DNA of 39,924 nt, taken from assembly GCA_025353985.1 (NCBI GenBank), contig JANXNT010000696.1, positions 1 to 39,924 of the forward strand. The letters run 5' to 3'. A model generated the notes under the pieces. It saw nothing but the letters and a program-made list of their open reading frames with translations, did not search any database and was not told the origin of the DNA. Below are positions 1 through 9,206 of this stretch, one piece after another. Made by a program: the position numbers and the translations under genes. Origin of the DNA: Limnoglobus sp. Its GTDB lineage: Bacteria > Planctomycetota > Planctomycetia > Gemmatales > Gemmataceae. Within the stretch, counting starts at the first letter, position 1, and each line of letters starts with the position of its first letter.

Positions 1-62
1 GTAAGCGTGTCCGTGGTACCCACAGAGGCTTCCACGGACACGCTTACGCCGTGCCGCTCGCC
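1..62. repeat. REP-like palindromic element (left arm probably cut by window edge)
   Basis: Perfect 16-bp inverted repeat GTAAGCGTGTCCGTGG (1-16) / CCACGGACACGCTTAC (32-47) with a 15-nt loop, followed by GCCGTGCCGCTCGCC; intergenic. Confidence 0.7.
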
Positions 63-123
63 AGTTTTTCGAGGATGAACATTGTCAAAGCGTGTACCCG
101 GATCACAAATGGCGCAACTTCAA

Positions 124-268
124 AAGCGCTAGCGAAAGAGGACATTCCAACGGCTGAGATCGCGGGTCGTGGTGAATCTTCGAAACACGATGGTTCGTAC
201 GCCCTGCATGAAGGTTTTGCGTCGCGTCTCGAAGACTCGCCACGACTCCCTTGCTAGCGCTTCGGGCT
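124..268. repeat. Degenerate REP-like inverted repeat pair
   Basis: AAGCGCTAGCGA (124-135) pairs with TTGCTAGCGCTT within CCCTTGCTAGCGCTTCGGGCT (248-268). It resembles planctomycete intergenic repeats as I recall them. Confidence 0.5.
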
Positions 269-359
269 AACAAAGCGCATCCAATCACCCTGCGTTGGTT
301 GCGCTGGTTTTTGCTATCCTCTCGCGGAGCGAGAGGGCTACTTCGCTGAGGCTCCCAAC

Positions 360-1097
360 ATGGCCGTACTTGCTTTCGATGTGTGGGTTCATGCCGCGAA
401 CACGGTCTATAAAGGCGTGCCGTTCGGGGCCGTTACCGATTGGGCGCAGCAAGGTCGCCTCGCTGCCGACGATAAAGTTCGCCCCGCCGGTACCAACGAA
501 CCGTGGGTGCGCGCCGCCGATCACGACATCATCGGCGACTACCTATTCGTGAAGTCGACGACGGCCAAACCCGCGATTCCCGTCAAGGCACACGAAGCCC
601 TTGAGCCAGTCGAGATGGATGTCGGCTGGCGCAAATCGCGCGAAGACGACGACGATGATGTCGACATGATCCCGCTCATCGATATCAGCCTCGTCTTGCT
701 GATTTTCTTCATGATGACGGCGGCGGTTTCTGCGTTGTCGCCCGTGGCGGTGCCGGAGATGAAGAACATCGCCGACCTGAAAACCGGTGGCGACGCGTTC
801 ACGGTCACAATCGACAAAAATCCTTTGGGCGAAGTGATTTACTCGGTGCGCATCGGGGATCGCGCTCCGGAGAAAATCGATGCCGAACTGCCGACGTTGG
901 CGGCGGCGTTGATCCGGCTCGATGCGAAACTCGCCGAAGTTCGTGCGGAAGGTAACGCGCCGCCGGAGGTGCGAATCGCTTGCCACAAGGAACTGCCGAG
1001 CGAACGCGTCCACGAACTATCCAAGGAACTGCAACGGCGAAAAGACGAGAAAAAGATCTCGCAGTTCGGTGCCGAAGTCAACGAGAAAAACACATGA
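360..1097 (+). CDS. exbD: Biopolymer transporter ExbD/TolR with N-terminal GYF_2-like domain
   Basis: ExbD signature 'DMIPLIDISLVLLIFFMM' (TM with conserved Asp). The N-terminal ~60 aa 'YKGVPFGAVTDWAQQGRLAADDKVRPAGTNEPW' resembles GYF_2/DUF4339. Confidence 0.85.
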   Translation: MAVLAFDVWVHAANTVYKGVPFGAVTDWAQQGRLAADDKVRPAGTNEPWVRAADHDIIGDYLFVKSTTAKPAIPVKAHEALEPVEMDVGWRKSREDDDDDVDMIPLIDISLVLLIFFMMTAAVSALSPVAVPEMKNIADLKTGGDAFTVTIDKNPLGEVIYSVRIGDRAPEKIDAELPTLAAALIRLDAKLAEVRAEGNAPPEVRIACHKELPSERVHELSKELQRRKDEKKISQFGAEVNEKNT

Positions 1098-1723
1098 GTA
1101 CTGCATGGTCGATCCGGTTCGAAGGGTCGGATTCGGTCGCGACGGTGGCGACGCCGAACGCCGTTCTCGAAGGACTGCGCGATGGCGAATGGGAGCCTTC
1201 GGATGAAGTCCGAGGCCCTACGGACAGCGATTGGCTTGCAATCGAAGATCACCCCGCTTTCTCAGAAGCGGTCGCGGAGATGGCACCGCCGCCCGTCGAA
1301 AAACCCGACGATACCAAACTCGACATGAACCCGCTGATCGACGTCGCGCTCGTGTTGCTGATCTTCTTCATTCTCACGACGTCGTACTCCGCACTTCGCC
1401 GCACGATCGAGCTGCCGAACGAACCCGATGAAAGCAAAGGGGCGACGAAAAAGGTCACACCGCAAGATGTCGAAGCGCAAGTGTTCCGCGTCGAGGCGTG
1501 GATGGCGGACGACCGGCCACGGGTGCGAATTAACGACAAGCTCGTCGAGTTGGAAGATATCGAACGGGAAATGAAAGAGATCGTGAAATCGACCGGCCGC
1601 CGCGAGATGATGCTCGAAGTCGATGGCCGGGTACCGTGGGGAATCGAGGCCCAACTGCACGACGCAGCCAAGGCCGCCGACGTGAAACAGATCTACCGAA
1701 AGCCGAAGAAAACCAGCGGCTGA
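1094..1723 (+). CDS. exbD: Second ExbD/TolR with N-terminal GYF_2-like domain
   Basis: 'LDMNPLIDVALVLLIFFIL' motif. The ATG at 1094 overlaps the upstream stop (ATGA), so it is preferred over the 980 start. Confidence 0.85.
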   Translation: MSTAWSIRFEGSDSVATVATPNAVLEGLRDGEWEPSDEVRGPTDSDWLAIEDHPAFSEAVAEMAPPPVEKPDDTKLDMNPLIDVALVLLIFFILTTSYSALRRTIELPNEPDESKGATKKVTPQDVEAQVFRVEAWMADDRPRVRINDKLVELEDIEREMKEIVKSTGRREMMLEVDGRVPWGIEAQLHDAAKAADVKQIYRKPKKTSG

Positions 1724-1727
1724 GCGA

Positions 1728-2738
1728 TCACCGCAGAATCTGATCGGTGACGATCAAGTCGTACTTGCCGCCCTTCATGATGACCTTGAAGGTGGTCTGC
1801 TTGATTTTTTCCGCATCCTTGCCCTTGTAACTTCTTTCGAGTCCCGCGAGCTTGTCTTCAAATTCGCGCGGGAAGTACGCGATGAACATGACCGGCTTAA
1901 AATCGAGTTGGAGCGTCTCGCCGACGACTTCGACCGAACGCGGGCGGCCATCTTCGAAGCGGATCATTTCGGCCGCCATCTGGTTCAGTTCCGCATCGGT
2001 CGCCACGACGAGCGGCTTCGGTGACGACGGGTTTTTGAAGATGTAAAACTTCTTGCCATCGTGGCTCGGGACCAACAAGATCGCCTTCAGCCCCGCCATC
2101 TGAGCGATGTAGTCGACGCCGTTATTCGTGTCGAATTTGATCAGCCAACGCATTCCTCGCTGGCTCTTGGAGTCTGCGCCCGTACCACCCGGGCCGGTGC
2201 CGTTCCCCGTGTTTCCTCCGGTCGTGCCCGAGCCGGTGCCAGCTTTCGCACCGTAAAGTTTGTCACGCAGTGTCTTGTCGAGCGTCGCCAGCACCGCCGC
2301 TGCGCCTTCGGAAATTTCGACATCGCCACCGCCATCGACTTGGATTCGCTCGCGAAATTCTTCCTTGACCGCGTTAATTTCGGCTTGTTTATCCGCACGA
2401 TTCGCATCGGACGGTTGCGGCGACTGGCCGAGCGCGAGGTCTTGCGAACCGCCGCTGCCTTCGCTGCCATTGCCCGCATCGTCGTCGCCGAAGGCGATCA
2501 CGGGTACGGGGTGCTTGTCGCGGGTGGAGAACAATTGCTGAAAATAAAACGCTCCGAGCACGGCAACGGCCAGCATCAGGATCGATATCGCGATGCCGAT
2601 TGGCATCTCAAGCCGCTTGTTGTAGCGCTCCCAGAATGGCTGTTCGAGGATGCCATCGGGATCGAGGTCGCGGAACCCCGCATTCTCGATGGGATCGATT
2701 TTCAGTTCATCGTCGTGTACTGCCGGTCGCGTGGCCAT
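1728..2738 (-). CDS. Hypothetical single-pass membrane protein with Gly/Thr-rich linker
   Basis: One hydrophobic helix 'MPIGIAISILMLAVAVLGAFYF', a linker 'GTGSGTTGGNTGNGTGPGGTG' and a globular C-terminus. Start placed at MATRPAV (2738); the ORF is open to 2825. Confidence 0.7.
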   Translation of the reverse strand: MATRPAVHDDELKIDPIENAGFRDLDPDGILEQPFWERYNKRLEMPIGIAISILMLAVAVLGAFYFQQLFSTRDKHPVPVIAFGDDDAGNGSEGSGGSQDLALGQSPQPSDANRADKQAEINAVKEEFRERIQVDGGGDVEISEGAAAVLATLDKTLRDKLYGAKAGTGSGTTGGNTGNGTGPGGTGADSKSQRGMRWLIKFDTNNGVDYIAQMAGLKAILLVPSHDGKKFYIFKNPSSPKPLVVATDAELNQMAAEMIRFEDGRPRSVEVVGETLQLDFKPVMFIAYFPREFEDKLAGLERSYKGKDAEKIKQTTFKVIMKGGKYDLIVTDQILR

Positions 2739-2828
2739 GATCGACTCCGATTCTTTCGAGGGTGGTTTCGATGACAGAACGCGAAGTGCAATATGCATGT
2801 TGGCACAAATCCAGCGGTACCGCAAGGG

Positions 2829-3617
2829 TTAAAACTCGCCCGTGTCGCGCTTGGACCAATACGGCAAGAACAGCCCGCCATCGACGTGGAGGATTTCGCC
2901 AGTGATATAATCCGATGCCGGTTCCGCGAGGAACAGAATCGCGCGTGCGACTTCTTCGGATGTCGCCAGTCGGCCCCACGGCAACGACTTAGCTGCTTTT
3001 TGGATCATCTCTTCGGTGAAGAACTTGCGTTCGCCGGGCGTATCGGTCCAGCCGGGGTAACAAATGTTGACGCGGATTTTCTCTTGAAGCAGTTCGCACG
3101 CGGCGGTGCGGGCCATCTGATCGATCGCGGCTTTGGCCATGTTGTACGCCATCGCATTTGGGAACGCGATCTGCGCGTGTGGCGAACTGACGATCACGAC
3201 CGCACCGCCCTGCCCTTGCTTGACCATCTGGTTGCACGTCGCCCGCAAACAGTAGTAAGCCCCGAACATCGAGACTTCGATCGTGCGGCGAAAACCGGCG
3301 AGGTCTGCCGTCAGGAACGGCTCGCGATCGCTGTACACCGCCGACGAGATGAAGATGTCGATTCGCCCGAACTGTTTCACCGTTTCCGCGATCATCGCAT
3401 CGACGGCAGCAGGGTCGGAAACATCGGTTTTCGACGCCATCGCTTTGCGACCCATCGCGAGAATTTCCTCGACCGCTTCCATCGCATTCTGCTCGGCCGA
3501 ATAGTAGTTTAGCACGACATCGGCACCGGCTTTCGCTAGCGCCACCGACGTCGCCCGACCGATCCCCGACGACGCCCCCGTCACCACCGCCACCTTGCCC
3601 ACCAAAGATTGAGACAT
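2829..3617 (-). CDS. Short-chain dehydrogenase/reductase (glucose 1-dehydrogenase/FabG-like)
   Basis: TGASSGIG Rossmann motif, YNMAK catalytic YxxxK, and C-terminal 'YITGEILHVDGG'. AGGAG lies upstream of the ATG at 3617. Confidence 0.9.
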   Translation of the reverse strand: MSQSLVGKVAVVTGASSGIGRATSVALAKAGADVVLNYYSAEQNAMEAVEEILAMGRKAMASKTDVSDPAAVDAMIAETVKQFGRIDIFISSAVYSDREPFLTADLAGFRRTIEVSMFGAYYCLRATCNQMVKQGQGGAVVIVSSPHAQIAFPNAMAYNMAKAAIDQMARTAACELLQEKIRVNICYPGWTDTPGERKFFTEEMIQKAAKSLPWGRLATSEEVARAILFLAEPASDYITGEILHVDGGLFLPYWSKRDTGEF

Positions 3618-3702
3618 GTCCGCTCCTACACGCAACCGCGAATTCATCCGAAACCCGTAGATATTGTCTTACGAACAGTTGCTCTGATAGATGCGAAAAA
3701 GA

Positions 3703-4113
3703 TCAATCGTCTTTTGCTGATTTCGGTTTTGCGAGGCCCGCTTTCTCCATGAGCGACTGTGCAAAGACGTCTTCCGTGGCGTGGGCGGCTTCTTCTGCGA
3801 CAATTTGGGCCGAGGCGGAGAGTTGGTATTCGATCTTGAACTGATGGCTCGAAATGCCGATGAGATCGCCCGGTTTGATGAGCCGCTGCGCGACTCGCTC
3901 CCCGTTCACTTTCGTGCCGTTCTGGCTCCGCATATCGCGAACGTACCAAACGCCCGCTTTGAATGTGAACTCGCAATGCATACTCGAAACGTTGGCGAAT
4001 TCGAGGCAAATGTCGTTCGACTTGCGTCGGCCGACTGTCATCACATCCCGAATCAGCGGGATCGCATCGCCACCGCCAACGGGAACGAGTTCGCCATGTA
4101 TGGGATTGGACAT
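3703..4113 (-). CDS. FHA domain protein
   Basis: FHA motifs 'VGRRKSNDI', 'VSSMHC', 'DMRSQNGTKVNG'. Confidence 0.9.
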   Translation of the reverse strand: MSNPIHGELVPVGGGDAIPLIRDVMTVGRRKSNDICLEFANVSSMHCEFTFKAGVWYVRDMRSQNGTKVNGERVAQRLIKPGDLIGISSHQFKIEYQLSASAQIVAEEAAHATEDVFAQSLMEKAGLAKPKSAKDD

Positions 4114-4210
4114 TATGTGTCTCGCAGCTACGAGGAAGAAGATTTTAGAGCGATCATCGAATTGACACAGTATACCGCAACACGTGCGTCGTTTTCGACG
4201 GGAGAACGAT

Positions 4211-4265
4211 AAAAAAACCGATCCGCCGCACAGAAGAGCGTTAGCCCTTCACGGCGACGGATCGG
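4211..4265 (-). terminator. Probable intrinsic terminator
   Basis: Arms CCGATCCG (4218-4225) / CGGATCGG (4258-4265) next to an A7 tract (U-tract on minus), just downstream of the 4293 stop. Confidence 0.55.
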
Positions 4266-4292
4266 CGAATCAATATCATTGTCGCGAGCTGT

Positions 4293-4595
4293 TTAGCGGC
4301 CGCCACCTGGGAAGTACGGGTTCATTGCGGGGCCGGATGGCGGGGCGTAGTACGCACCCATCAACGGGGCGGGCGTCTGGAAGTGGCCGTTGTACGGCCA
4401 GTACAGGTACCACGGGGCGGCTTGGAACGCGGGCAGCGGGTTCTTCCCGAACAGCTTCGCGAACGGGCCTTGTGGGTGAGTCGTCGGTGCGGCCGACTGT
4501 GCACAGCCTGGGCCGGAACAACCGCCCGCACGAACATCGACCGCGGTAACAGCCACCATCGCAATGGCGACTAGCGAATAGAAAAATGTCTTCAT
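4293..4595 (-). CDS. Small secreted Pro/aromatic-rich hypothetical protein
   Basis: Signal peptide 'MKTFFYSLVAIAMVAVTAVDVRA', GAGAGGG upstream of the ATG, core 'APWYLYWPYNGHFQTPAP'. Confidence 0.7.
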   Translation of the reverse strand: MKTFFYSLVAIAMVAVTAVDVRAGGCSGPGCAQSAAPTTHPQGPFAKLFGKNPLPAFQAAPWYLYWPYNGHFQTPAPLMGAYYAPPSGPAMNPYFPGGGR

Positions 4596-4793
4596 AATCC
4601 CTCTCGGCAGTTTCGATCCTTGAAACGTTGGCACACTCCCTGCGAGCGCACCGAGAATTCGACTTCAACAACATGCCCGACGATCGTCGTTCGCGTCGGC
4701 TTTCGGACCCGGTAAGGATCCGTTTTCTGTGGCTGGCGTACGGGTAATCCCCACGTCGCGCTCGATCCGATTCACCGATTCAAATTGCCTGCG

Positions 4794-5348
4794 TTACTTC
4801 ACCCGTCCGGTCAGTACGCCCGTCGCACCGGTATTCTCAGTTGGCATAACCATCGGCGCGGGTTGCAACACTGGCGCGGGTGCAATCGTCTCGGTAGCTG
4901 GTGCCACCGTGGCGCTGACGACTTCGCTCGAACCGCAACCGCCGGGGCTGCTGCACGCACTGGATTTATGGCGATGGGCGAGCGGATGCACACGATGGAA
5001 GACGTTGCCGAGCGTCGTCAGGGCGTATCGGCCCCAACCCGCTCGCGAACCGCAAGTGGAACATCCACTGCCACCGCAATGGCCATCAGCACAGTTGTTT
5101 TGCGGTGGGTTATAGCGGAGGTCGGACGTCCACGGTCCGTACGGCTCGAACGGGTAGTAGCCGTAGTACGGGCCGTAATTGAACAGCGGGCCGTGCTGGT
5201 GAATCTTGCTGAACAAGCCCATACAAGAACCGCCGCAACCCAGATTCGGGAACGGGCATTGGGGTTGGGCCTGCGCTTGGCTCGAAATGGCGAACAAGAG
5301 GGGGATCGCGAGCAAACTCGCGACGGTCGGCATCTTCATCGGATCCAT
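4794..5348 (-). CDS. Secreted Cys/Gly/Tyr/Pro-rich hypothetical protein
   Basis: Signal peptide ending 'SSQAQA', CxxC/CGG clusters, 'GPLFNYGPYYGYYPFEPYGPW', and a Pro/Thr-rich tail. Confidence 0.7.
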   Translation of the reverse strand: MDPMKMPTVASLLAIPLLFAISSQAQAQPQCPFPNLGCGGSCMGLFSKIHQHGPLFNYGPYYGYYPFEPYGPWTSDLRYNPPQNNCADGHCGGSGCSTCGSRAGWGRYALTTLGNVFHRVHPLAHRHKSSACSSPGGCGSSEVVSATVAPATETIAPAPVLQPAPMVMPTENTGATGVLTGRVK

Positions 5349-5553
5349 CCTTTGTGCGTGGCATCTGGACCGTACGCAGACCGGCTACCGGCCGTCCTTG
5401 GTCAGATTGGCATAAATATCCCCGATGAACCGCTTGTGGGCAACAATATCGAAGTGCAAAACCGCGAGTTGTTCGAAAGCGAACAGGCACTTAACGGGCA
5501 ATCGTTTCGGAATGCAACATCCAGCGCAATCGCCGGATCGTTACAAACGGAAA

Positions 5554-6120
5554 TTACTCGAACAACCGCGACACCAGCACCGCGAAGCCGGGCAGTACGT
5601 CGCCACCGGTCAGTTCCTGCCGGGCATTGGCGAACGTCGGCTCGTCGTTGGGCTGGTAGATGGTGACGGTCCGGTAGTGCGGATCGATCACCCAAACGAG
5701 CCGCACCCCTGATGTAAGATACGTGTTGATCTTTTCGTGCAAGTCTTCCAGCACTGTGCTCGGCGAAGTGATTTCCACAATCAGTGTCGGCAGGCCGTGA
5801 ATGATCGTGTGCGCGTCGGTTTGCGCCACCATGACATCGGCCGAAACGTACGCCACATCGACACCGAACCCCGTCGTTTCATCATCTGCACGAAGTTGCA
5901 CCGACGCTTCGCCGCAGACGACGTTACCCCATGGTCGCGGTTGTGCGTACCGCCAATTGTTCAAAAACGTCGACGCATTCGCCATCGAAACCGAATGATA
6001 ACGATTTCGTCGCGTCATGTCTTCCTCCCGCAATTCACCATCGATGAGCCAACGCCGCTTGCCATCGTCTGGCATCGCTAGCAGGTCGGTCATCGTCATC
6101 GGTTGTGTCAGCGTCGTCAT
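5554..6120 (-). CDS. Uma2 family endonuclease (DUF820)
   Basis: 'WLIDGEL', 'GVDVAYV', 'PTLIVEITSPS', 'KINTYLTSGVRLVWVIDP', 'DVLPGF'. Confidence 0.9.
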   Translation of the reverse strand: MTTLTQPMTMTDLLAMPDDGKRRWLIDGELREEDMTRRNRYHSVSMANASTFLNNWRYAQPRPWGNVVCGEASVQLRADDETTGFGVDVAYVSADVMVAQTDAHTIIHGLPTLIVEITSPSTVLEDLHEKINTYLTSGVRLVWVIDPHYRTVTIYQPNDEPTFANARQELTGGDVLPGFAVLVSRLFE

Positions 6121-6253
6121 GTGCGTTCCCCGAAGTTACCTTGTGTGAGATTGTACAGTATTCCCCGTTTCGCCGCGATGCGTTGTTTTCGCAGCGTAGC
6201 AACGAATCGAGGCAATCTACTGGCCGTTCAATTCCTCTTTCTGTTCTTTAATA

Positions 6254-7234
6254 GTGATGCTCGTACTCCCACCGTTTACTGTCATTGCCCCTGAAGCCGA
6301 ACATACGCTTGCGAAAGTGTTGCGTTCGCGGTTGCACGTTCACCAACCGTCGTGGAGCGATGTGAAGGCGCTCATAGAAAATCGCCGCGTGAAAATCGGC
6401 GATACGGTGTGTGCGGATGCCGCACGGCGAGTGCGCGAAGGCGAGATTATCGAACTGTTGATTCGGCCGGCCAGTGCGTCGCGGAACGCGGTTGCCGATA
6501 CGCTGGTAATTCGTCATCTCGACGATCATGTGGTCGTTGTCGAGAAGCCATCGGGAATCAGTAGCGTTCGCCATCCGGCCGAACTCGAATGGTCCGAGCG
6601 ACGCCGTGAGCTCGACCCGACGCTGTACGATCTCGCACATGCGGCCATCGCGAAGCGCCTCAACCGCTCGCTGAAAACACTACCACCGCTGCGGATCGTG
6701 CATCGTTTGGACAAGGAAACGAGCGGTTTGCTAGTGTTTGCGCGCACGGTGTTGGCGGAGCGCGTCCTCGGTATGCAGTTCCGCAAACATACGGTCGTTC
6801 GCCGGTATCTGGCGATTGTGCCAGGCACACTAGTAGCCCGGACGATACGTTCGTACCTGACGCGGGATCGGGGCGATGGCCGCCGTGGTAGTACGCGGAG
6901 TGCCGATTCCACGGGCAAAGAAGCGATCACGCACATCGAAGTGCAAACGCGGTTGCCGAAGCACACGATCTTGACGTGCCGACTGGAAACGGGGCGAACG
7001 CACCAGATTCGCATCCACCTTTCAGAAGCGGGGCACCCCGTGTGCGGCGAAAAAGTTTACATCAAGAACATGAACGGCACCACCGTACTCAATCCCGACG
7101 GCGCACCGCGACTCGCACTTCACGCCACCGAACTCGGCTTCGTGCACCCCGTTTCGGAAGTGATAATGCACTGGGAAATGCCACTCCCCGCAGACCTTAC
7201 GCGCTTCGTTGCGAAACTGCAACACGGCCAATAG
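6254..7234 (+). CDS. RluA/RluD-family rRNA pseudouridine synthase with S4 domain
   Basis: 'VVEKPSG', catalytic 'HRLDKETSG', 'LETGRTHQIRIH', 'LALHATELGFVHP'. Confidence 0.92.
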   Translation: MMLVLPPFTVIAPEAEHTLAKVLRSRLHVHQPSWSDVKALIENRRVKIGDTVCADAARRVREGEIIELLIRPASASRNAVADTLVIRHLDDHVVVVEKPSGISSVRHPAELEWSERRRELDPTLYDLAHAAIAKRLNRSLKTLPPLRIVHRLDKETSGLLVFARTVLAERVLGMQFRKHTVVRRYLAIVPGTLVARTIRSYLTRDRGDGRRGSTRSADSTGKEAITHIEVQTRLPKHTILTCRLETGRTHQIRIHLSEAGHPVCGEKVYIKNMNGTTVLNPDGAPRLALHATELGFVHPVSEVIMHWEMPLPADLTRFVAKLQHGQ

Positions 7235-7286
7235 TGGCCTCGCAGAATCGACTGTTGAAGCGCAACCCCAGTTTTAAGCTGCGGGG

Positions 7287-7985
7287 CTACACGCCGCGGG
7301 CCAGTGGCTCCCAGATGTACTTGTGCATTTGGAGTTGCATGCGGACCTGAAGCCCGGAGGCGAGCAGCCAGTCCACCAGTTCCGCCGGCTTCACCGGCCC
7401 GAACACGCCGCTCATTAGCACCGTGAAACGGGTGTCCAGCGCGTGCTGCCTGATGGCGCGTTCCGCCCAGTCGAAGTCCCGCCGCGAAGCGATCACGAAC
7501 TTGATCTCGTCCGACGCCTTGAGGAGGGCCAGGTTCTCCCAGACGTTGTTCTCGCACTCGCCGCTGTCGGGGCACTTGAGGTCCATGATGACGCGCACGC
7601 GCGGGTCCACCCCCTCGACGGACACGGTTCCGCTCGTCTCCAACAGGACGGTGAGCCCGGCGTCGGCGAGCGACGTCATCAGCGGGAGGGACTCCCGCTG
7701 GAGCAGCGGCTCGCCGCCGGTGAGTTCGACGAGCGGACAGGAGAAGGACAGAACCCGGTCGAACACGTCCTGTAGGGGGACGGCCGCCCCTTCGCGGAAG
7801 GCGTGCGGCGTGTCGCACCACACGCACCGGGCGTTGCAGGCCGTCGTCCGGACGAAGACGCAGGGCAGCCCGGCGAATGTGGACTCGCCCTGGACGCTGC
7901 GGTAAATCTCGTGGACGACCAGGGTGCCGTCGGGCTTGCCCCGTAGCGGCTCCAGCCGCTGCTCGACGTTCAACGAAAGCTTCAT
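7287..7985 (-). CDS. queE: 7-carboxy-7-deazaguanine synthase (radical SAM)
   Basis: 'EIYRSVQGES', CxxxCxxC 'CNARCVWCDT', 'LTGGEPLLQ', 'ETSG', 'QLQMHKYIW'; AAGGAG RBS. Confidence 0.93.
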   Translation of the reverse strand: MKLSLNVEQRLEPLRGKPDGTLVVHEIYRSVQGESTFAGLPCVFVRTTACNARCVWCDTPHAFREGAAVPLQDVFDRVLSFSCPLVELTGGEPLLQRESLPLMTSLADAGLTVLLETSGTVSVEGVDPRVRVIMDLKCPDSGECENNVWENLALLKASDEIKFVIASRRDFDWAERAIRQHALDTRFTVLMSGVFGPVKPAELVDWLLASGLQVRMQLQMHKYIWEPLARGV

Positions 7986-8006
7986 GCTTCGCTCCTTGTG
8001 ATCGTG

Positions 8007-9206
8007 CTACGCCGATACCGGTTCCGGCGGGGCCGCCTGTTCGGTGGCGGGGTGGGGTGCCTTGTTCCACACCCGCAGCTTGTACTGCACGAGCAGGTAA
8101 TTAGCGAGGACTTGTATGTCCTTCGGGGTGTTCTGGATCTCGTTCCATTTTCGCTGCATCCCTGGCCCGAAGTCCCAGAAGCCGTCGGTCCACCGGCACG
8201 CTTCACGCAGCGGCAGCAGGTCGTCGCAGAACTGCTGCTTGGTCGGCAGCCCCGTGCGGCGGAGCCTGTCGGCGATGGCGTCCATGAGGAAGCCGACGCT
8301 CACGATCCCTGCGCCGTGCATCAGCCGGGATCGGCGGGGATTGACCCCCCAGGCGTCCGTGAAGACCTCGGCGACGGCCGACCAGAAGGCGTGCAAGATG
8401 CCGAGCATGGGTGCGGGGTCACCGTCCCCGCCGTCCGTGCCGCGGAAGCGGTACAGGACCCCGTCGCTCAGGCTGTTCTCCAGCATCCTCAGAACCGAGT
8501 TGTCCTTGATGATCCCCGCAACGACGGTCGGCGTGCGGATCATCCCGTAGAGGGGGGATTTCTCGTCATGGTTCAACCGGTCGAGGAGCCGGGCCGGGAA
8601 GCGGCGGTGCTGGAGGAGCGACGGCAGGCGCGTCTTCGTCGTGGGGAGCAGTTCGTAGATCAGGCCTTTGGGCAGGGGCTTCGTCGAATTCACGAGAATG
8701 AACTGCTCCCGCTGCTCCTGGTCGTCGTCGGTGAGGAAGGCAACGACGCAGATCGGGAACCGCTCGACTTTCGCGTCGCGCACCGCCGCGATCCGCTGCT
8801 GCCCGTCCACGATCCACCCCGGGCGGTCCTCCTCCGGGAGCGTGGGGTCCACCGGGATCACGAGGGTGCCGAAGCGAGAATCCTCGTTCCCTTTCCCCCC
8901 GGCGAGGGGCTCAAACCGCACCCGCTTGTCGAACGCGACGACGACCGCGTTGGGGATCATCGGGCGGTCGCTCTCGAGATAGCTCCTGATTTCGCCGATG
9001 TGGGAGAGCACCTCCGGTCGCTGGTAGCCCTCGATCGAGGCGCGGTCCCTCCGGCGCACGCGGGAGACCGTGGTGATCTGTGCGAGCGCCTTGCCGTCCA
9101 GCGCGAAACTGTAGAGCGTCCTCCCAGGACCCTGGCGGACCTCCAGGGCGGGGAGGCGGAGGTGATTCACGGGGGTGCCGTTGGTGCCGTTCCTATCGTG
9201 CGACAT
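8007..9206 (-). CDS. dpdB: DGQHR/DndB-like protein DpdB (copy 2)
   Basis: 'GYQRPEVLSHI', 'GWIVDGQQR', 'QREQFILVNSTKPLPKGLIYELLP'; overlaps the dpdA stop. Confidence 0.85.
   Translation of the reverse strand: MSHDRNGTNGTPVNHLRLPALEVRQGPGRTLYSFALDGKALAQITTVSRVRRRDRASIEGYQRPEVLSHIGEIRSYLESDRPMIPNAVVVAFDKRVRFEPLAGGKGNEDSRFGTLVIPVDPTLPEEDRPGWIVDGQQRIAAVRDAKVERFPICVVAFLTDDDQEQREQFILVNSTKPLPKGLIYELLPTTKTRLPSLLQHRRFPARLLDRLNHDEKSPLYGMIRTPTVVAGIIKDNSVLRMLENSLSDGVLYRFRGTDGGDGDPAPMLGILHAFWSAVAEVFTDAWGVNPRRSRLMHGAGIVSVGFLMDAIADRLRRTGLPTKQQFCDDLLPLREACRWTDGFWDFGPGMQRKWNEIQNTPKDIQVLANYLLVQYKLRVWNKAPHPATEQAAPPEPVSA

Noticed and set aside
5554-6120. Uma2 nuclease as part of the defence island
   Set aside because: It lies on the host-composition side beyond rluA, and this family is commonly multicopy and scattered in such genomes.
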